This document shows positions 58,396 to 64,000 of a stretch of DNA of 64,000 bases, piece after piece. Below the pieces are notes generated by a model. That model searched no databases. It saw only the letters and a list, made by a program, of their open reading frames with translations, and was not told the origin of the DNA. The number at the start of each line of letters is the position of its first letter. Position 1 is the first letter of the stretch. The position numbers and the translations under genes are program-made. The stretch is from positions 7,543 to 71,542 of the forward strand of contig JAZSJJ010000009.1 of assembly GCA_045534225.1 (NCBI GenBank), written 5' to 3'. Source of the DNA: Clostridia bacterium. Lineage in GTDB: Bacteria > Bacillota > Clostridia > TANB77 > CAG-465.

Positions 58396-58911
58396 ATACA
58401 CTAATTCCAATTTACTTAGCTTAACATATTCATTAATATTTTTCTTACCGTATATTGATTTTATTTGATTCTCTTTTATCATTATATTATTATATATTCC
58501 CCTACCATCTACCTGTATAGGAATTATTATATTATTGTTTTCGTTATCTTTTATGTTTGTTATTATGACAAAATTGTCATTAGCATTTGCCCTGCTAATA
58601 TTTTTATATATTGCTATTGGATTTTCTAAATCTTTTATACCTCTTAAAAATAATTCTTTACCCAGTCCATGATAATGAGTTTTGTTATCTAGTGGTAGAT
58701 TTAATGTTCTTGCTTGTTCTAAATTAAAAATTGCAGTTCTTATATGGCGTTGCGTAATTAGCATAGGTAAATTCTTTATACCATTTTCTACTAAAATTTT
58801 TGGTGTATCTTCCCTTATCATAATTTGATTGTTTGTCGGTAATTTATTCGTTAAAACTAAATCTATTTGTTTAGATAAATATTTCATATACATACTTTTC
58901 TTTTCTGACAT
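58372..58911 (-). CDS. Stand-alone MuF-C-terminal-like (predicted BECR-fold RNase) domain protein
   Basis: TPKILVENGIKNLPMLIT, HYHGLG, LENPIAI, FVIIT, IIIPI, NQIKSIYGK resemble the phage MuF_C/PBECR family; RBS GAAGGAG. Confidence 0.62.
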   Translation of the reverse strand: MSEKKSMYMKYLSKQIDLVLTNKLPTNNQIMIREDTPKILVENGIKNLPMLITQRHIRTAIFNLEQARTLNLPLDNKTHYHGLGKELFLRGIKDLENPIAIYKNISRANANDNFVIITNIKDNENNNIIIPIQVDGRGIYNNIMIKENQIKSIYGKKNINEYVKLSKLELVYKKRDGFQ

Positions 58912-59052
58912 AAACTCTCCTTCGAATAAAAAATTAGAATAAATTTCTTTGATTAAAATAATATAATTATATTAACATCCAAGCGCCTAATTTGCAAGAA
59001 AAATCGACCGCGTAATTCGACAGAAAATTTTATCTTGTAGCTTTTTAACAAA

Positions 59053-59094
59053 AATAATTCCTAGTATAACTTCTATGTTATATTAGGAATTATT
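59053..59094 (-). terminator. Terminator ending the teichoic acid operon
   Basis: AATAATTCCTAGTATAAC / GTTATATTAGGAATTATT long stem. Confidence 0.7.
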
Positions 59095-59096
59095 AT

Positions 59097-60206
59097 TTAT
59101 TTCAAATACTCTGTTATTAAATTGCAAACACTTTCTGTGTTGTTTATATTATGTGTTTCAACATATTTGTCTCTAAAAGCTTCTAAAGATTTAAAGTCAT
59201 AATTACCATTTTCAATAATATTTAATATATCCTTAAATTCTTTAAATGTACTTGTCTTTAATTCTTCTGTAAGGTTTACATTTAGTCCTCTAATTTCACT
59301 ATAATTATCTAAATCGTAAACATACAAGAATAATGGTTTGTTAAGTACACTTGCTTCTATCGCTGTTGCAGAATAATCTGTTATTATATAGTCTGCAAAC
59401 TTCATCATATCGTATGTAGTGAAATTTCCTTTTACAAGATATTTGTCATCTACAACTGTATTATCTAACGGATGTAATTTTATTACTAAATTATATTTAT
59501 TTATATCTACTAATTTTATAATGTCTTCTGTGTAAACAGTATCATTTTTTCTAAATGTAGGAATGTATAATATTGTTTTTTTGCCATTATATTCTGGATT
59601 TGCATCTAATATTTCAGTATCTCTATTATCTCCTAAAATATCATCTACTCTAGGCATACCAACAACTTTTACTTTGCTTATATCTGTATTAAATGCTTCT
59701 GCAAAGAACTTTGCTGTAACTTTACTAGATGTAGTTACCGCATCATAGTTATTGTGCATTTTCATTGTATATGCAACATCAGATGAACTACCTTCTTTTT
59801 TACCAATTACTTGATATCCAAATTGTTTTATTGCTCCTAATGCATGCCAGATTTGCACAACTCTTAAACTCTTTTTATGTTTAAGAACACTAACAGGTAT
59901 TATATATGTATCTATTACAACTACTTTAGATGTTGCTATATGATACATTTGTACAAAAGTATGTAATCCATACTTTAGTTTTCCTATTATTCCTTTTCTT
60001 ATTTTTTTAGTAAGCATTACTTGTACTAAATCGCTATCTAATTCTTTCATTTTGTTATATAACAAGGTAAAGTCTATAGATGGTGTATCTGATTGTCTGC
60101 TTATATATGTTAATTTATGTTTTGTTTTTAGACACTTAAATGGTAGATACATTACATTTAATACAAATATTGCTATTTTAATAACTAGCTTCTTTATATT
60201 AAACAC
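59097..60206 (-). CDS. CDP-glycerol glycerophosphotransferase (TagB/TarF-like)
   Basis: QIWHALGAIKQFG, GMPRVD, LYIPTFR, KLHP, ITDYSA. Confidence 0.88.
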   Translation of the reverse strand: MFNIKKLVIKIAIFVLNVMYLPFKCLKTKHKLTYISRQSDTPSIDFTLLYNKMKELDSDLVQVMLTKKIRKGIIGKLKYGLHTFVQMYHIATSKVVVIDTYIIPVSVLKHKKSLRVVQIWHALGAIKQFGYQVIGKKEGSSSDVAYTMKMHNNYDAVTTSSKVTAKFFAEAFNTDISKVKVVGMPRVDDILGDNRDTEILDANPEYNGKKTILYIPTFRKNDTVYTEDIIKLVDINKYNLVIKLHPLDNTVVDDKYLVKGNFTTYDMMKFADYIITDYSATAIEASVLNKPLFLYVYDLDNYSEIRGLNVNLTEELKTSTFKEFKDILNIIENGNYDFKSLEAFRDKYVETHNINNTESVCNLITEYLK

Positions 60207-60612
60207 CAGCCTTATCGTCCATTAAATGTAATTCAGATTTAATTTGTGTTGAGCTTATACCTTCTGTTCTTGGAAGATAGTATACATCGCAGTATTGTCT
60301 TAATGCTTCAAATTTTTCATTGCCTTCCCAGTCGCTTCCCATAACAACTTCATCAGCACCATATTTTGCAATGTCTCCTGGTTTTTGACCCCATTCGCAT
60401 TCCGGTATAACTTCATCAACATATTTAATTGCTTCTAGCATTTCTTTTCTTGTTTCATAATCATAGTATGATTTTTTACCTTTTATGGCATTAAACTCAT
60501 CTGTAGAAATACCAACTATTAAATAATCTCCTCTTTCCTTTGCTCTTCTTAATAGGTTTATGTGTCCTCTATGAAGAACATCATATGTTCCATACGTTAA
60601 TATTTTTCTCAT
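60199..60612 (-). CDS. tagD: Glycerol-3-phosphate cytidylyltransferase
   Basis: TYGTYDVLHRGH, MGSDWEG, RTEGISST. Confidence 0.93.
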   Translation of the reverse strand: MRKILTYGTYDVLHRGHINLLRRAKERGDYLIVGISTDEFNAIKGKKSYYDYETRKEMLEAIKYVDEVIPECEWGQKPGDIAKYGADEVVMGSDWEGNEKFEALRQYCDVYYLPRTEGISSTQIKSELHLMDDKAGV

Positions 60613-60630
60613 ATAATTACTCCTTTTATA

Positions 60631-61737
60631 TTATTTATTCTTGAAACTTTCTTTTATTGCTTCTATTATTCTTATGCTTGCATTGCCGTCTCCATAAGGA
60701 TTGCATGCACCGCTCATTTTGTCATAGCTTGATTTATTTTCTAATAATTCTTTAGCTTCGTTATATATAACTTCTTCATCAGTTCCAACAAGTTTAAGAG
60801 TTCCTGCATCTATTCCTTCTGGTCTTTCTGTAGTATCTCTTAATACTAAAACTGGTTTTCCAAGTGATGGAGCTTCTTCTTGTATACCACCACTATCTGT
60901 CATTATTAGGTAAGATTTATTTATGAAATTGTGGAAATCTAAAACCTCTAGAGGTTCTATTAGTCTTATTCTATCGTTTCCTTGTAAAACTTCATTTGCA
61001 ACTTCTCTAACTTTAGGATTTAAGTGTATTGGATATACCACTTTGATATCTTCAAATGTTTCAGTAAGCCTTCTAATAGCTTTAAATATATTTCTCATTG
61101 GATCGCCAAGATTTTCTCTTCTGTGTGCTGTAAGGAGAATCATTCTATCATTTCCAACCCAATCTATAACTTCATTTGAGTATTCTTCTCTTACAGTTGT
61201 TTTTAATGCATCTATTGCAGTATTACCTGTTATATATATTTTAGATCCATCAACATTTTCTTTAAGTAGGTTTGATTTACTTAATTCTGTTGGTGCAAAA
61301 TATAAATCTCCAATAGCATCTATTATTTTTCTATTCGCTTCTTCTGGATATGGTGAATATTTATTAAAAGTTCTAAGTCCAGCTTCTACATGTCCTATTG
61401 TTTTTTGATTGTAGAATGCTGCTAGCGCTCCAACCATTGCAGTTGATGTATCACCATGAACTAGAACTACATCTGGATTGCATTCTTTTATTACTCCGTC
61501 AAGTCCATTTAATGCTCTTGTTGTAATATCTGATAATGTTTGTCCTTGTTGCATTATATTAAGATCATAATCTGGTACTATGTTAAATGCATTTAATACT
61601 TGATCTAACATTTCTCTATGTTGCGCTGTAACACAAACTATTGATTCAATATCTTTATCTTTCTTTAACTCTAGCACAAGTGGTGCCATTTTTATAGCTT
61701 CTGGTCTTGTCCCAAAAATACTTAAAACTTTTATCAT
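60631..61737 (-). CDS. wecB: UDP-N-acetylglucosamine 2-epimerase (non-hydrolysing)
   Basis: FGTRPEAIKMAP, TAQHREMLDQ, HGDTST, HVEAGLRT, TAHRREN, DSGGIQEEAP. Confidence 0.96.
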   Translation of the reverse strand: MIKVLSIFGTRPEAIKMAPLVLELKKDKDIESIVCVTAQHREMLDQVLNAFNIVPDYDLNIMQQGQTLSDITTRALNGLDGVIKECNPDVVLVHGDTSTAMVGALAAFYNQKTIGHVEAGLRTFNKYSPYPEEANRKIIDAIGDLYFAPTELSKSNLLKENVDGSKIYITGNTAIDALKTTVREEYSNEVIDWVGNDRMILLTAHRRENLGDPMRNIFKAIRRLTETFEDIKVVYPIHLNPKVREVANEVLQGNDRIRLIEPLEVLDFHNFINKSYLIMTDSGGIQEEAPSLGKPVLVLRDTTERPEGIDAGTLKLVGTDEEVIYNEAKELLENKSSYDKMSGACNPYGDGNASIRIIEAIKESFKNK

Positions 61738-61746
61738 AACATCCCC

Positions 61747-63528
61747 CTATTTTAATACTTTTAATTTAATTAATTCTTCTATTAATCTTTCTCCATTTTT
61801 ACCATCATGGAATTCATTTATTTTTCTATATCTTTCTTCATATTCTTTGTCCATCACATAGTTTTTAGCTATTGCATTTTTAACTTCTTTAACTAATTCT
61901 TCTGGGCTATATACCGGAACACCGTCACAATTTGTTTCATTTAGTGCTGGTATTGCTTGATATTGTTCTATTAAATATTCTTTATCTGCCCAGTAGTATA
62001 GTATGTACGCTCCTCTGTAGTGAGCATCATATGATGCAGATGAATAATCTGTTATGAATACTTTAGATTCTGCTAAACCTGCTGTTAAATCTGGTTGTAG
62101 TATTTCCTTGTATTCTGGTGCAGATTTTACCATACATTCTGCCACTTTTGGATGACAAGATACTCTAAACTTATCTAGCATACCCGCTTTTTCAAAAGCC
62201 TTAATTACTTCCATATTAGACTTATAATATGTTGTTTCTTTTATTTTATCTTCATCACCTAATGCGGCTTCTTCCCAATATCTATATGTTTGCATAAATA
62301 GTATCTTATCTGCATCTTCATTCATAAAGCTTGTATCAAATTTAGTTAATCCACATTTTATAAGGTCATTATCCTCATATCCCATTTTATAGAATTGTGT
62401 TGCTTCTAAATCTGAAGAAATTACATTCTTCCAAATGTTTATTTGTGATTTCCCTTTATGGAATCCAAGTGCCGCAGGGTTGTCTACTGGTTTTGCAAAC
62501 ATTATTCCATGTTGTAAAAACACTAATGGTTTTTTATTTATTTCATCATTTAAAGATTTAATATAAAATCTTGCGCTAACTATGTGGCTAGAAAGTTCAG
62601 ATGAAACAAAATATTTACTTAGATATATGTATAAATAATATCTAAATGAGAATTTCTCTAATATATATTTCCCATGTTTTTCTTTAATAGATTTGTACGC
62701 TTTTGCATTTTTATCTATTACAAAATAAGTTTTTGTTTTCTTAAATTTTCTATCTTGTATTTTTTCAAATATATAGTAACCAGATTCCTCTGCTCTTTTA
62801 GTTTCTTTTTCAAACATTAATACAATGTTCTTTTTACCAATAACTTTAGAAATCAGTCTAGCTACTGTATTCTTGAATAAATTTATCTTTTTGTACTCGG
62901 GTTGCATTGGTACTCCAGTTATTCTAACATTTGAAGAATTTGGTGTAGTCCTAATCAAAATATACTTATTACCAATATTTTTATGGCTATAATATTGAGA
63001 ACCCTTTTTTACTGTTTTAATTTTTCTTAATGGCACTGCAATTCTTTCGGAATTTCCAACTCTAACCATATTATTAAACATTCCTGAATCTAATACATTT
63101 TTCATTGGAACTTTAACTATAGCAACATCTTTTAGTCCTATTTTCTTCAACGGTCTGTTAACAGTTCCTACTTTATCGTCATTAAAGTATATATTATCAA
63201 AAGTTGCTTTTTTTCTATTTTTGTCTGATAATATGCCATAAAACAAAATATTCTTCTTTGTCATACAAGATAGCAAATACATTTTCATAGGTAATATGTT
63301 TCTTACTATATTTGTTAATATAAGTTTTCCAGATTTGTCTCTTCCTAAATATAAAATTTTATAGTTTATATCTAGCGAATCTATTATTGTATTTGATTCT
63401 TCCGTATGTTTTTTATCATCTAAAACCATAATCTTCTTTTCTAATAGTTCTGGTATAGATATTTCCATGTTAATTTTCTTGTATTTTACTTCTACTCTAT
63501 CGCCTTCTAATAACTTCAAGTACCCCAT
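61747..63528 (-). CDS. CDP-glycerol glycerophosphotransferase family protein with extended N-terminus
   Basis: VFLQHGI, CGLTKFD, FITDYSSASYD, FHDGKNGERL. Confidence 0.8.
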   Translation of the reverse strand: MGYLKLLEGDRVEVKYKKINMEISIPELLEKKIMVLDDKKHTEESNTIIDSLDINYKILYLGRDKSGKLILTNIVRNILPMKMYLLSCMTKKNILFYGILSDKNRKKATFDNIYFNDDKVGTVNRPLKKIGLKDVAIVKVPMKNVLDSGMFNNMVRVGNSERIAVPLRKIKTVKKGSQYYSHKNIGNKYILIRTTPNSSNVRITGVPMQPEYKKINLFKNTVARLISKVIGKKNIVLMFEKETKRAEESGYYIFEKIQDRKFKKTKTYFVIDKNAKAYKSIKEKHGKYILEKFSFRYYLYIYLSKYFVSSELSSHIVSARFYIKSLNDEINKKPLVFLQHGIMFAKPVDNPAALGFHKGKSQINIWKNVISSDLEATQFYKMGYEDNDLIKCGLTKFDTSFMNEDADKILFMQTYRYWEEAALGDEDKIKETTYYKSNMEVIKAFEKAGMLDKFRVSCHPKVAECMVKSAPEYKEILQPDLTAGLAESKVFITDYSSASYDAHYRGAYILYYWADKEYLIEQYQAIPALNETNCDGVPVYSPEELVKEVKNAIAKNYVMDKEYEERYRKINEFHDGKNGERLIEELIKLKVLK

Positions 63529-63548
63529 TTTTATCCCCTTTACTACTT

Positions 63549-64000
63549 CTATTTGAATATTTTTTCTATTACTCTCTTGCTACAATCTCCACTATCTAAA
63601 TAAGTGAATCTATTTGTAAATGCTGTATATTTATCGTTATACTTTTTATCATAATCTTTAATATTTAATATTTCATTTTCAAGTTCATCTTGAGTTTTTA
63701 CAATTGGTCCTGGAAGTTCCTCTAGTCCAAAGTAGAAATCTCTAAGTTTTCCTTGGTATTCGTCAAGATCATACATATAGAATAACATTGGTCTCTTTAA
63801 GTTTGCGTAATCAAAGAATACGCTTGAGTAGTCTGTTATTATAATGTCACTTAGTATATAACATTCGTTAACATCATCATGACTAGACATATTAAATATA
63901 AATCCTTTGTATTTATCAAAATTAAACTGACTTGCAACAAAATAATGTGTTCTAAATATTATTACATATTCGTCACTTATTTTTTCTCTTAATCTATCAA
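63549..64000 (-). CDS. TagF-like CDP-glycerol glycerophosphotransferase, C-terminal part (5' end beyond window)
   Basis: Frame stays open to the window edge (DRLREKISDEYVIIFRTHY...), ITDYSSVFFDYA, YLDSGDCSKRV. Confidence 0.88.
   Translation of the reverse strand, partial: DRLREKISDEYVIIFRTHYFVASQFNFDKYKGFIFNMSSHDDVNECYILSDIIITDYSSVFFDYANLKRPMLFYMYDLDEYQGKLRDFYFGLEELPGPIVKTQDELENEILNIKDYDKKYNDKYTAFTNRFTYLDSGDCSKRVIEKIFK

Noticed and set aside
24190-59025. Recurring TGTCG/CGACA words in intergenic DNA (about 24194, 32190-32214, 59005-59022)
   Set aside because: Spacing and orientation relative to downstream genes are inconsistent; cannot distinguish from chance with three sites.
782-63000. 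Many short antisense ORFs in the ORF track (e.g. 782-1036, 2891-3355, 9557-9904, 25386-25826, 29928-30521, 33901-34341, 40020-40520, 60923-61408)
   Set aside because: They lie opposite well-supported genes, lack RBSs and show the Ile/Ser/Phe/Leu-rich composition expected from reverse-reading AT-rich coding DNA.
1-64000. CRISPR array, rRNA, tmRNA, transposase
   Set aside because: No regularly spaced repeats, rRNA-like GC-rich blocks or DDE/IS-like ORFs were seen; all intergenic gaps are short.

Overview
AT-rich (roughly 28-30% GC by eye) chromosomal window from a Clostridia-type Firmicute, probably an uncultured spore-forming gut lineage (inference from prepilin-like gene style, AbrB and sporulation-type promoters). 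Contents: (i) three surface-glycan loci: 1-6 kb (O-antigen-ligase-like, prepilin-like protein, priming GT, Wzx, double GT2), 22-32 kb (CapD/DegT/PglC/GNAT/GT4s/VanZ with two pseudogene scars and an embedded PIN-domain gene) and 59-64 kb (TagF-like x3, TagD, WecB/MnaA); (ii) housekeeping genes murA, rlmH, abrB-like, uvrB, alr, prsA, mfd, ruvC, yvcK, murB, topA, glyA and one tRNA-Lys(CTT); (iii) a class B sortase with its NPPTG substrate, an ABC exporter, two CDF transporters and several odd enzymes (kinase-PHP fusion, degenerate debranching enzyme, NOL-like SDR). No CRISPR array, integrase, transposase or reverse transcriptase was seen. Best candidates for something new: three GC-richer stand-alone genes (a divergent 3xS1 protein and two HTH-like paralogs beside the tRNA) sharing one promoter/leader/RBS-hairpin architecture (CC[A]CAAAWAAWTTTGGAGGT); a solitary MuF-C-like (predicted RNase) gene faced by a near-consensus sigma-A promoter driving a structured ~110-nt convergent RNA; and a prepilin-like gene sitting between a lipid-linked glycan pathway and a Wzy_C ligase, suggesting en-bloc pilin O-glycosylation in a monoderm.
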